Shown: piece by piece, positions 13,701 to 26,700 of the stretch | Position numbering within the stretch: the first letter of the stretch is position 1 | Layout of the letters: each line of letters starts with the position of its first letter | Assembly (NCBI GenBank): GCA_965235115.1 | Contig: OZ249436.1 | Coordinates: forward strand, 10,232,001-10,296,000 | Length of the DNA: 64,000 bases | From: Laetmonice hystrix | Taxonomy: Eukaryota | Direction of reading: 5' to 3' | Notes under the pieces: model-generated | Database searches by the model: none | What the model was told of the DNA's origin: nothing | What the model saw: the letters and a program-made list of their open reading frames with translations, nothing else | Translations under genes and position numbers: made by a program

Positions 13701-16700
13701 CATTCACAATACGCAGAAATTATATACCCTAAAACAACTTTCTAAATGAAGTTCTAGCACCGATGGAATACAGGTATTTACACTACATGTATAATGTTCA
13801 ACATATGGAAGTAAAAAAACTATATCAAAAACCAATACTTCCACATGTTGACAATGTGCGTTTACTGCATCTGGACAAAAAGAAATCAAGGAAAATCAAG
13901 TCAATTGTCGGGCGTACTGGTTTATATATAACCTGAGAAATCCATCGTGTATCGCTTCCCTCTCACGATAAGGAAACAACCTCTTACGTAATAATAGAGA
14001 AAACACACAAAAAGCATTCAAATTAACTTGACAAGGGCCGGGATTATGTAAGTGCATTATGACAGCAACTCCATGGATGCAGACTAGTATGTGAACGGTT
14101 TGGAACTTTCCGACTGGAGTAATTTTATTTGGGTTTACTGACATAATCACCGCGCACCAGGTCATCTGGCGTCTTTTCACCAGCCCACCCACCTGGGAAG
14201 TCCTACCATTGCTTACTGGAATAGTGCTTCATGAACCTTAGTCCTATAAGCCTAAATTGTTTTTAAACATAACCCATAGTATCTGGTAAAGCTACAGGAA
14301 ATGTCTCCGATCCGCCGTGGCTGAGAACTTTTCTAAATACGCGAGAGCTTTGCTCTGAAAGAATCATTTTTCTAATATACAATCTCCGTGAATTTTCTGA
14401 GGGCGAGGCTAGTATTTAGCTTAACATTAGAGTCTTAACATTAGATCTCTTGACTTTTGTTAAGACTACTTGCTAGAATAAAGAAATAAAAGAATTACTT
14501 TTTGAAATTCGTATCCATCAGCAAATCCAACCGCTAACAAAAGTTCTTTATTTCCCCCAAATACTGATAAACATCCCACTTCAAACATCACCGACACGGG
14601 AATTGGCTTTCCATGTTGCTTGTTTTACCGGGAATTGCTTTTCGACGTAGCTCGACTTCACAGGATTTTTTATCACTTCTCCCAAAACTGCTTGGGCCAC
14701 CCTCTACAAAATAAATTCCAACAACATTAAACCATCTTCTATTCGACAACAAGTCGAAATATGCAACTTTTCATTCACGGAGTGGGTGATAGCAGTCAAA
14801 AAACAATAATAACAAATAAAAGCAGGTACTTACTCAGACACATAACTTAGCAAGTCTTACCTGATATGTCGGAAATATTATTCTACTTTTCTTTCTGGGA
14901 TACCTAACACCACAGGTCAAAATGAGGCTGCTTAGAGATTATAAAAAAGGATTAAAACCATGTTCGACAAAACCTTACGTTAAAATACTTGGAGACCATA
15001 ACTTGTACTTGCCCTACATTTAAGCAATGACTTTCAACAAAATACACAGATATACATGTATTTTCACTAACACTTTATCTTATCATCGGACCTAGCCATA
15101 AAACTTAAAAAGTTTCAGAAGAGACTTTAAAAAAACGAAGAAAGAGTTGTGGCCTTAGTTTTCACATCAATCAAAAGTGATTTTATCATAAGTTTCTTTC
15201 TCTCGGAAATAGAATATAAAAATGCTCAACCTATCATATTTTGTATTGCCTTTATCCCGCCACACAATTGTACATCATTTAAAAGCATTCTGTTCACTTT
15301 ATAACTTTACTTGAACATAATAATCTGATGTGTAATATTGCATGAGACGGTTCCAGGCCACAAGCTAATAATAAAGGTACGGTATTACAAAAAGCTGTAG
15401 GAGAGAGGGTTACAGTAATATCATGCTTTAGGAAACACAGCGGTTATCAGATTGGTAGTCACACTCCTCTGAAGCGAGAACACTAGTTATATACTGCCTG
15501 GGGTGTCAAACTAAACTATTGACACCTAAATTATTGGGCGACAGGCAGGGGTAACTTATGACGGTGAATCTAAAATGATAAATAGATACAACAAGGATGA
15601 AAACGATTTGTCCAGGGAAAAAAATGATTTGATCCTTTTCAGTCATGAAAAGGCAACCCCTAAGGCACCAAATAAAACCTCATTAAGACTTGTAATAATC
15701 ATATATTTATCTTGCACTGTTACAGACCAATACTAACACAAGTTTCTGATGAAAGGCAGAATGCCGATTGGGCACCCCTGGATCATGAAAAAAAGGTGCG
15801 TGATACCCACCAAAACCCCGCCCTCTAACCACCTACCGTGTGCCATAATTCTATTACAAAATTGTTCAAACAGCTACAATCTTCGCAATAATAAATATAA
15901 TCTAAAACACGATTAACATGAGTCCCTGAATTAGAAACAACAGTCTGAATACCATAAAGATAAATCTGCCCGCAATTATTACAGATCAGACAGGTGACCA
16001 GAATAATGACTCCCGGATAAAACGCATAGGTGTGATGTTCTGCTGGAATACACGGTCAACAGAGCCGACACATAGCTCTACAACCGCGGTCAAGATGATT
16101 GATATTGTCAACCTTTGCCCCTCCCTCCGGAAAAACTGAGAACCCCCTTTATATTTCCCAGGAAATTAGGCCTCCGGCGCTCGCCCAGGCCCGGTACCCC
16201 CCAGCAACACCCGGTGCCCGGTGCCCCCCGCCCCCCCCCCCCCCTCCCCGGCAACGACCCCTCTGGATCCGCCCGTCCAACTGCTTCTGTCACTCCTTGT
16301 TGGGAAAAGGCACCATGATTTCTTGTTTCCGATATATCCGAGTTACACTTAACCATTATTACTGTAGTATCGAAAAAACATGGAATAAATCACAACCAAC
16401 AGGAGGATCAGTACTGGAATTCATGCATGATTTTTTTTTCTTGCAATCACGAATTTGACAGCACTAAACAGTTTCAAAAAGTCTGTGCATAATCCGCACA
16501 CTGGTCAAATACTGTTTCTTACGGTACCTCAAGCTTCTTACGGTACCTCAAGAGCTACGTCTCAAGTTATCACCAGGATTTCCAATTTCATTAAAACACC
16601 CACTAACTCATAACAAGTGCTCAGCATAGATTACCTGTTGGTAAAAGAGCTCCAACAAAGGTACCTCGTAAGGGGAGAAATATACGGAATCCGTTACACT

Positions 16701-18392
16701 TTCAGAACAGCTGCCAAAACTAATATCAAAAGCGATATACTATAAAGTGGCGCAAGCTGCTCACCCATCATACCAACTCACAAACACATGAGTTCTCAAA
16801 CACCAAGTAATATCAACAAGTACATTTTACAATAGACGTGTGTGATACCTTATACAGAGCGGTAATTACAATTCATTACAATAAGAGAAAAATCAACAAT
16901 GTAACACCTTCTGGTCCTGATATAATTAGCTCCCATTTATAAAGATATTTACCGTTGCTAGTGATGGTAGAATTCCCACGTGTTTCCTAGTTAAACAGGT
17001 CATTGTAGGCCTCTTGAGATCAAACGCCAAAAGGAATGAAATACACAATGTATATAAAAGATATACCCTCGCTAACTGAATATCTGTCGTTCAAAGGATG
17101 TTTCATTATGACCATGCTGAGCATGATCATTAAAAATTGTCACTCATATACTTACAGAACAAAATTTCAATTTATTTCTGGAATAAATAGAAGGAAAACT
17201 TTGGCATCACCTCCTAATACATGGCAAGATAAAGCAATCGAAGTTTTTCCTTCATTTTGATTTCCAAATGTGGGGCCGACTTTCGATTTCCTCGACTGAT
17301 AGCAAGACCTTTGATAATATTTTCATTATAGGTCTTTAAGAGGAGTGTTGTTCAGACTGCTCCACTACCCGGTAGTGTTAACCACAGTACAATGCAAGGC
17401 TGGGAACAGTTTCTTACAACTCATGATACATGGGTAAGCCAAGAGGTTTCAAGGTGACCCTGTTCTGGTTCCCATAGTGAATTGGAAAGCCGAGAGAAAG
17501 CCAGGGTTCAAATTTCACTAGGACACCCCTTTCCACCCGTTTATATGCCTTTAATGGTGGCATTGTACAGTGTCTAATTAATTAGGTCCCACTCTCTCTG
17601 GAAGGTGATTTTTCATTTATATTATACCGGGTACTTCCATTAGACTTGCCTACAGCATGTACCTGAAAACTCAAGCACCAGGCATACACTATTTGCAGAA
17701 CATAGACATAGCAAGGTGAAAACTCTCGAAGACCTCATATTATAGGAAGGGATTAAAGGGGACCTCATCTACTCAACAAACAGTAGAAGGTAACATTAAC
17801 TCACATTTCTTAGTTCTATGCAACTGTTTCCACAGCAACCTTACTTGGTCAGTACCATGCAGGTAACCTGGAGCCATGTAAACATGCATCCATGGCAACA
17901 GGACCGTCAATCCTCGTCTACCACCAATCTCATTATACCTCACACCCCCATGCCCACAATTTTATTGATCTATACCCAGATACATGTATATACAAATCTC
18001 TAATAATCCAGGTAAAACTTCAATCAACAGGATTCTGTCAACTGACGGAAAAGCTCACACCTAGATTAATACCCAATCAAGCACACCCCAGCACACACAA
18101 TTAAGGAACATTATTATGCACAGACTTGCTTACTCCATTAATTTGCATCAACAACCTCTCAAAGCTCTTCCCAATGAGATTTTGTTTCATCCTAAATATC
18201 CTCAAAACACTGGATCTGCTGAACGAATTTCGTTCGAAACATACTACCTGATCCTTTGTTTCGATTAGCACACCAAATCCCATGCTGGACACATGTTGGG
18301 ATCAAGCAAAGGTATACACAAGCATTGACTGTGGAAAAGACTTTGCAGCAGTCAAGGGAATCAGGCAGGATGCAAAGAATGAAGGGAAATCT

Positions 18393-21300
18393 TTACATGT
18401 TGCCACTACTTGTCGCCACATATTTTTCATAAACCAGCTTTGCTGAAACAACATCTTCAAGGGCCATTCCTGAAATAAATCACACAGAAAATAATCAGAA
18501 CAATCCAAATATTTGCGAGTGGACAACTTTCATATTCACAAATGAGGTACTTTAACTGGAAATAAAGTTTTCTTTAATGACATGGTCCCAACCAAAGGAC
18601 TGTGATTTATGAAAGCACCATGGCAAATAATAAAAATTCTAGAAGGGCATCAATAAGGTATGCATTAACAAACCATCACTTGACAAGTCACAATCGTAAA
18701 TGAATTTAAGCACGGATGAAAGAAATCTGATAACTCCATTTGAATGTTTGACAGCCTGGCCCCGGGCTCAGCCGGGTGTCTGCAAGCAGTGATCAGGGAA
18801 GGCACCCACGGCAAGGGGAGAAAGGGCATGGCAACACAATGCCGCCATAATCTAAGGGCATCACAGCAAAAGTTAGGGGCATGGTATGTGGCAGCATGCC
18901 ACCTTAAAATTTGACCCCTGTCAAGGAACTGCTACCTTTGAAAGACACCAGAATTCTTCTGTTATTGAACCAAGCAGGTGTACATACAGAATTTCAAGGA
19001 CTACTACTGCAACCTCAAAAGCATAATAAGGACTGAAGTGCAAACATATCCTTTACTGAAATTATTATTGGTACCGGGTACTTTAATTTTAATAAAATTG
19101 TTCTGAGAATAGGTTTGTGTTCAATACAGAACAGTGAATTCTTTTTAAATATTTCCGACATGGCAGTCCATGCAGGATATGAGCCACAAGCTGAGTGGGT
19201 AATCCTGGTTAAATATGGTTAATAACAAAAAATAAATAAAGAAAACAAGACTTTAAAAACTTGACCTACCTACGGACTTGAAAATTGTAGTCTTTTGCCA
19301 CAGAGCCTCTTTACGGCCAATTATAACTTCTCCAATCTCACCAAACACTTCAGCCTGAAATTTTTGAACGCAGATACAGAAATTCATAACCACTGCAGCA
19401 GGAAGATTCCAGTACGTGGGCAATAAAACGTCACATGGTTTTGTTAAAGCAAGAGTAGGAAGTAAGTAGGTTTATTTTATGGAAGTACATGTGTCTATGC
19501 TTAACTTAAATAACCTGCCAACCCTTGGATAAAATACACTTTCCAGAATCCATAGACATTAGCTGCAGCTCTCGCAGCACTCTTGTCAGTGTACCTTAGC
19601 CAACAGGATATCTCCAGATTCCTTATCACAGCCCTCCCTGCTGTCCACATAGACAACTCCTGAACGCATCAAAGCTGGATCTATCTCATGCCAGTCTGCT
19701 CGACATGCGCCGACAGCTGAAATGAGGAGCAGTAAGGTACATTACATTTCTATCCCAGGCTCGTAGCCAGAGGGTATCAGGGCATCAGATTTTTTTTTGG
19801 GGGGGGGGGGCAAGTTAGATAGGGCTAGTTATTTTCAAAGCTTTGTCCAGAATTTATGGGGCTTGGATAGATCTGCCACTGGGTAAATACTGAATGTGTT
19901 CTGTTTGCCATAAGACACACCCAAAAAGGTTCTGGTTACACGTTTGTATCCCAATATACATACGTGCCACAATAATGAAATGTGTTCAGGTCCTGCCATT
20001 TGTATTTAGGACATTGATGAATTTTTGGCAATTAAAATTTTCATACATGAGAAACACATTCAGAGTTAATATAAAGTGATTCAGTATAATTCTCCTTAAT
20101 GTTATTATTAATACAATTTGGCCAAACGTACCTGGGTAAACAGGCTTAACACTGAGATTTTACTCAAGTAATAAGTGGTGTCGCAAGGAATATTGCTATT
20201 TGTCTGGGTAACACTTCAACTGCACATTGTACATGACTCAGGTCTAGATCCAAAGATAACTAGATATGTCAAATAATCATACCATTAATATGTGCCCCTT
20301 CCTTCACCCATTCCTTCTGTAGAACAGGTGTAGTTGAGAAAGTAACGGTACAGATGATGTCTGCATCATGAACACACTCCTCCGCTGTGGCACAGGCGCG
20401 GCCTCCAATCTCCTGAGCAAACTTCTGTGCACTACAACGAGTGCGGCTCCATACACGCACCTTATCAATACACAAAACATTTTATTTGCAAAAAATTCAT
20501 GAATGTCCTAAATACAATACAACAATTTCAATTTACCAAGACATGTTCTTATCATAACATATACATCTACTTCAGTGAATATGAATAAAAGCAAAATCAC
20601 GGTAGTAAGAATCTTAAATACCTCATCAAATTTGTGCAGAAGACTGAGAACTTTAAAGTGGCTCCTTGCTTGAACTCCTGCTCCAAGAATGGCCAGTGTC
20701 TTGGAGTTTGGATTGGCTAAGTGCTGAAAAATCAGCAATAGTAACATAAATACAGAATTATGTGTGCAGTTACAAAAGCTATACCACAAACCATTAAGTT
20801 ATTTATTAAAGCAAACTTGTCCATTTGCTTGCATGGGGATTACCTTTGTAGCTACTGCTGATGCAGCTGCAGTGCGCGAAGCAGTAAGTGAGTCTCCATC
20901 TATGATCTGAAAAAAGAAAAGACTGCATGCCCTTAACCATTCGTATAAAATACTCTTATTTTATTAATTGCATATAATTCTTGTATTGTAAAGGCAAAAG
21001 TATAAATTTGTGACAATTTATAGGTGGATACATTTTCCTAAGATAAAAAAAATTGTTGACAGTCTGAGTCAATATTGTTAACCCATCCTTTCATCTTAGA
21101 CCACCAATGTGAATAAGATCGCTAACAAATATTGATATATCATGACTAGATTTAGGAAAATTTAACAAAATCCAGTATCAATAAAACTTTGTCACATTCC
21201 CATGTGCCTTTAAATCAGTCACGGCCATTTGCAAAATGTAAAATATGTGGTCTATACTTTTTGTAATACTTACTGCCTGAAGATTTCCATTCTCTGGATT

Positions 21301-23429
21301 GAAGAGCAGAACCTGACCTTGGTGGGTTGAAAATTCTTTGTTTTCTGGGTACACAGCAACAATTTTCGTGGCAAGAGCATTGTCGTGCTGGCTGTACCCT
21401 GGCATAACCAAGAGCAATCTGAATGGTACAAGTATTTTTTTTTAATCATAATTATAAGGTCAAACCTGTAATTAAGCTATTCACAAAATAACATGATAAC
21501 ATGTAAACCTTCTTGGTATCATTGAAAAGGGAGTTTCAAGCTTCAGTTGAACTCATTTGTGTTGGCATACACCTTTTTCTCATTTTATTTGGAAGGGGAA
21601 GAAGAGAGGAAAGATCAAGAGAGAAGTTCTGATATGTGATTACGAGAGCGGAGGTCAAAAAATGTTTGATTTAGATACACGTATAAGAACTTCTCGATTA
21701 AGATGTCTTAAACGTTATTTCTATGGAGTTCACCATGACTGGAAAATAGTTTTCAATAAACTCTTCTCCAATTATGGTGGTATAAACATTGTTATGTACT
21801 GCAACTGCGGGAAAGACTTTTTGAAACGGTTACCACTATATCACCAAGAGGTGTTGAATGTATGGCAAAAATCGGGGTATAAAGGCACGATGTTGATATG
21901 GAATAATAAGAATATTAAAATCAAAGGCCATACAGTTTTTAATAAACATATGTTTCAGTGTGGAATATGGTATCCACAAGATCTATTCCAAGATGGAAAA
22001 CCAATTCCCTTCGATGTTTGGGAGGGACGAGGTTTGAATACAAAACACTTCATGTTATGGAGAGGTATTGTACACGCCATTTTGAGTAAGAAAGAAGTTT
22101 TGTTAGGTGCAAATGAACCTGCCCCGCTGAGTCTGACGGCAAAGGTTGACGGCATCGAAACTTTATATCCTTTAGAATACACTCGGTCCAAAGAAATATA
22201 CAAAATTATTATACAAGACGTACTTTGCACTGAGTCAGCCGGAAAGAAAAAGCACAACGCCGAATTTGATATTGAAAGTGTATCCTGGAGGAAGATTTAC
22301 ACATTATACAGTAATCTTTGGAGAAGCAAGAAAATACAGGAATTCCAGTATAAAGTTTTACACAATATTGTTAGTCTGAACCCACTCTTACTCAAAATGG
22401 GCGTAAAAGATACTGATAAATGTAGCTTCTGTAATGCAGAGAAAGAAACCCTGTATCATTTGCTCTTCAGGTGTAAAATAGTGAAGATGTTTTGGACTAA
22501 GGTGGAAGCCTGGGCTAGTAGCTTTGTAAATACGGTTAAGTTCTCCGAAGAACATGTGTTATTCGGGGTGCTCTCAGAGGGTGCAGAAGTGACTATGTGC
22601 AATAGTATTTTCCTCTTGGGAAAATACTATATCTATAAATGCAAACTAACGAGTAATATTCCGAATTTAAATGGTTTCAAGGGAAGATTAAAAGAAGAGT
22701 TAATTATCGAAAGAGAGGTAGCAAAGAGTCTGAACCAAATCGAGAATTTCCTTCAAAAGTGGGGAGCATTATACCAAGCACTATAGCCCCATAGCCTAAT
22801 TGTAACACCTATATATATTATGTTTACAACTTAAATACAATCTTGTGCAATGATTAGTCCAAGTATCAGGTCTGTGTCCATGTAATTGTCTATGTAATTG
22901 TCTTATTTAACTGTCTTATGTATCATATGTTTATGTGTCATAGAGTACGTGTATAGTCAATGTCATATATTATTTGTGAAAAATAAAAATATTTAAAAAA
23001 AAAAAAAAAAAAAAAACCTTTTTCTCATTGACTGTGTGTGTCCAGGGCAAAATGTTCAGATCTATCAACGTACTCGCGGTGGGCCGAGGCTCACTGATAT
23101 GGATCTATTGGTCTATGTTATAATGCAGGGACGAACAACACGTTATAGCTATAGTATTACTCATCTGGCCATGCCATACGAATGCCGAATACCTGTCACA
23201 GTATCAACAACCAAAACAAAACTGAAACGAGCATGAGAAGCCCAACTTGGACGAATTCTTACCCTTTATGTGGGGTCACATCAATGACTGAGCGAACTGG
23301 CTGCACAACTCCGCCATCTACGCCTTGCGAGAAGTTTCCGAAAGCGTTTTCTAAAGCTGTCAACAGTTCTTCTCGATCAAGGAGCTTCTCAACTTCTGCT
23401 GCTGATATAAACTTGGGGCACACAGACAT
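18393..23429 (-). CDS. CRYM: Ketimine reductase mu-crystallin (ornithine cyclodeaminase/mu-crystallin family), 8 coding exons, 312 aa
   Basis: Exons (minus): 23263-23429, 21274-21418, 20844-20906, 20622-20723, 20283-20460, 19595-19716, 19270-19354, 18393-18469. All junctions are GT-AG with consistent phases; total 939 nt. Peptides GGVVQPVRSV, VMPGYS...LATKIV, DGDSLTASRTAAASAVATK, LAILGAGVQARSH (Rossmann fold), GAHINAVGACRADWHE, VYVDSREG..KESGD and KTTIFKSVGMALEDVVSAKLVY match vertebrate CRYM. Confidence 0.96.
21585..23016 (+). mobile_element. 5'-truncated non-LTR retrotransposon (L1/Tx1-like), C-terminal ORF2 fragment with zf-RVT-type Cys/His domain; inserted antisense in CRYM intron 1
   Basis: Stop-free ~400-codon frame to 22786 (FIWKGK...GG; FQYKVLH...CSFC..EKETLYHLLFRC...FW; LGKYYIYKCK). 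AATAAA at 22982, poly(A) at 22995-23016. 14-bp TSD acctttttctcatt at 21571-21584 and 23016-23029. Confidence 0.93.
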
Positions 23430-23741
23430 TTTGACAGGCACGTGATGGGAAGATCTTCACTGAAGGAGGGACAAATCAATCACACTGAAAGGGAGCAGTT
23501 ATTATGCTAACTGTAGATTCCCTACTACAATGAGTCAAATAATTTATGAAATGATATATCGTTCTTTTAATCTGAATTCAAACTTTATAGTGGTCAGATC
23601 TTTTCTAATTGAACTAGTAAGAGTACAACGAGGTTTATAATGTCAAGTGGCGCTGGTCGTACCAGAGAGTGGTCGTGCCACATGAAATAATGTAGATCTA
23701 CTCCCTAAAAATGATCGATCCCTACATCGCAAATCTCAACG
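23430..23741. promoter_or_regulatory. Putative bidirectional promoter/5'UTR region shared by CRYM and NUP85
   Basis: Divergent start codons at 23429 (minus) and 23742 (plus) with only 312 bp between them. No specific element was identified. Confidence 0.65.
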
Positions 23742-26700
23742 ATGGCTTCGGAGCGGGAAGAAGTGCGAACTACGGTAGCTAACAATTCTTGCTGTCTGAC
23801 ATATATTCTTTATGAAGCTATATAAGCATAGTTTTTCATTGTGATAAAACATTCTAATTCTTATGATCACTCAATGGATTTTAAAATATAACTCAGACTT
23901 AGTGACTTGCCGGTTTTCGCCTATTATCGCCCGCTTCCACCATAGCCATAGCATAGCCATAACGTTAGGCATGCCGCAGTCCCACGGCAACGTCGGTTAC
24001 ATGTAAACTCGGACCAGGGTGATCTTGGCCCAAAATGGTGAACTCGGCCCAGTGAATTCGGACTGGTATGGTGATCTCGGCCCACTGTGACAAATCAGAC
24101 AAAATTTAGGCCTAGCCTAACGTGTTAGGCCTGCTACATTTTGCACACATTAGACTAGTAGTAGTACCCCACCCTGGCCGCTCGCCAGTCGTTTCGGCCG
24201 CCTGCCAGTTCGGCCGCCCGTATATTGTAGTGACCAGCTTCACCGCAGGTCGTTGCCGCGGTGCTACGGGTCACTCAATCGACCGCCGCTCGAAATCGGC
24301 CGCCGGGCTTTGCACGCGGCACCCCCCGGCTCTGCCGTCGGAGTCGCCCGCGGGACTAAACTATCACTAACCCTAGGCCTAACCTTAACCTTAACTCTTC
24401 TGGTCGGGTACGGCCACCCGTAATTTACGCGCGGCCGACTTCGAGCGGCAGCCGATTTCGATATAGGCCTAGGCCCCTACACCCTAACGTTAACCATACG
24501 GGCGGCCGAACCGGCAGGCGGCCGAAATGGACGCACACCCCCTGGCCCCCACCCACCACCATTCTCGTTTCCGAGGGCAGTTCTTCCGGTCCTGAGTAGC
24601 CTGACGACCGGTGAAAACAAGGGTATCAAGAAGCGTTGCCCCCCGTACCAGTTTAATTATAGCACAGTGTGATGACCAAACCCAAACCAGTAACATCTAT
24701 ATTTAGTTCCGTTGCGTTGCTAGGCTTTTGTATTCACCGGCTCTGACCAGAGAAGATAGCAGCGCCACCTAGAAATGCCCGGATTATCGGAAACGAGAAT
24801 CGCAACCGAGGACTGCGCAGCACTTAGACAGTCGGCAGTGGTTACGGTTACTGGGACTCTGACTCTCCGGCCCAGTGCAGAGTGTCGGCCCGACTCCGCC
24901 AGGCCGTATTCCTAGCGCTCTGATTGGAATGGTAGATCTATATAACTGCTAGATCTATCTTTATCTAGTTACTAAATCGTACACCGAGTGTCCAGACATA
25001 GGACAATGAATGAACATGGTTACTGATGCTGTCAAAGTCCACTATAATTGCCCCTGGGCCAAGATCACCATGAACGGCTCGGGCCAACTTCACCACATCG
25101 GTCCGACATCACTTAGACATGGGCCGAGATCACCGTGGTCCGAGGTCACCATGGGCCGAGTTCACCACTCGCAAACTGTGACTGCTATGACACAAGATCC
25201 TTCGAATACCAGAAATTATAGTAAGAGATGCTTTTCAGCAGTGCTCAGTCAGTATGAAGTATGTCACACTCTAGGCTAGCTCTAGCTAGGCCAGGCCCAG
25301 GGCATGGTGGTAATTTTCTAAATTAATTTAAATTATTACCGACACAAAACAGTATGTCTGGGTTAGGGTTAAGGTTAGGCTTAGGGTTAGTAGTTGGTGT
25401 TAGTTTAGTCCCAGAATTGTTGTTAATTAGGCACTAATTAGATAATGTGCTATTCTGCCGTCAAACATCATCCAATAAGACTCCAGTATTGCAGTCACAT
25501 GACCCATCCATACGCCAGCAGAATAACCACTGCCTAAACTATAACACTACCTGGAGACCAAAAACCTCTATTAGGAGCCTCTCAAGACATTCCGAGTGAT
25601 TTATCCCCACCCTGACCCTTCCCTGTATGGCAATTAGCTCATCTGTAACTCGAGATCCAGTCAGGCCCCTCACACTGCCGCCAAGGCCATGTCAGCTTCA
25701 GAACACAGTGGTAGCACTGAATACATGTACTGTTGTGGTATATTTAATCAACCGATGGACTGATGATAAAAATTTAAGAGTTCACAAATTCCTTTTAGGA
25801 AATAATTCACTATCATAGATTTTTCTTGAAACCAAGAGCATGTGGTATATTTATCTGAACTTTACACAACAGACTATACTTACCAACCAGATAACATGGA
25901 CATGCCTGGACACTGTTATCAGACCTTTGTTCTCAGTCATGGTTAGAGATAACCACACTATCAAAGGAACAAGTCCAAACACACATACCACTGTCATGTA
26001 ATCGAGCTCTTGTGTAATGAAGCATAATCATTACATCTAAGGAAAGATAGAACACCTCCCGCAGTAATGTAAGCACACCATGTCAGCTCCAATCTTTCAT
26101 GACCACATACGTTTCCTTATGCAAACAAATAAGTATCATGCACCCTCCTCCACTACAGAGAGGACCCATTTGTAATCACCTGACTAATGATAAGCATTTT
26201 AGTATATATAGTACAACAATGTAATAGAAAGAGAGAGAGAGATAGACAGAGACGAGAACGCACGACGCGACTGTCTATCGTGACGAATAAAACCTCAGCA
26301 CACAACAAGTCTGTCTTCCCTTCCATGTTCACAACGTAACACTGTTATAGTTGATACATGAGCTAGAGTAATACTACCGGTGCTATCACCGCAAAGTCTC
26401 CCAGATCAGGGTAAAGTTTTTGTTTTCCTTTCAGTACATTCATGATGGTGCTCTGAGAGCTGGCTGTAACGGATCATGGGGTGTTGGAAACCAGATATTT
26501 ATCTTTGCTGGTGGTGATTCAAAACAAGAAGGTACGGTATAGAAATATCTGTATACAGGGGTAGAAAAATTCAATTTTTGGCCACTAGCAAAAATAGAAA
26601 TCTAATACATGTCATAAACCAAATTGCTGTGGATAGAAAACAGTCTTTAGGTTATGTAGAGGTATTCTTATTGTATTGGGCAGAGGCCTCCTTACACATG

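Noticed and set aside
15740..15790. Possible hammerhead ribozyme (ctgatga-aaggcagaatgcc-ga)
   Set aside because: The conserved GAAA after stem II is missing and no convincing stems I and III can be drawn.
17470..17530. tRNA/SINE-like B-box (gggttcaaat)
   Set aside because: No A-box or cloverleaf can be built. At most a decayed SINE fragment.
13440..18392. Possible decayed LINE/Penelope coding sequence or very long CRYM 3'UTR
   Set aside because: No recognisable RT/endonuclease motifs in a sustained frame. UTR extent cannot be determined without transcripts.
21557..21584. ORF-track start (MCWHTPFSH) of the 409-aa ORF as a host gene start
   Set aside because: It begins at a TTG in flanking intron/TSD sequence. 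The rest is a 5'-truncated LINE ORF2.
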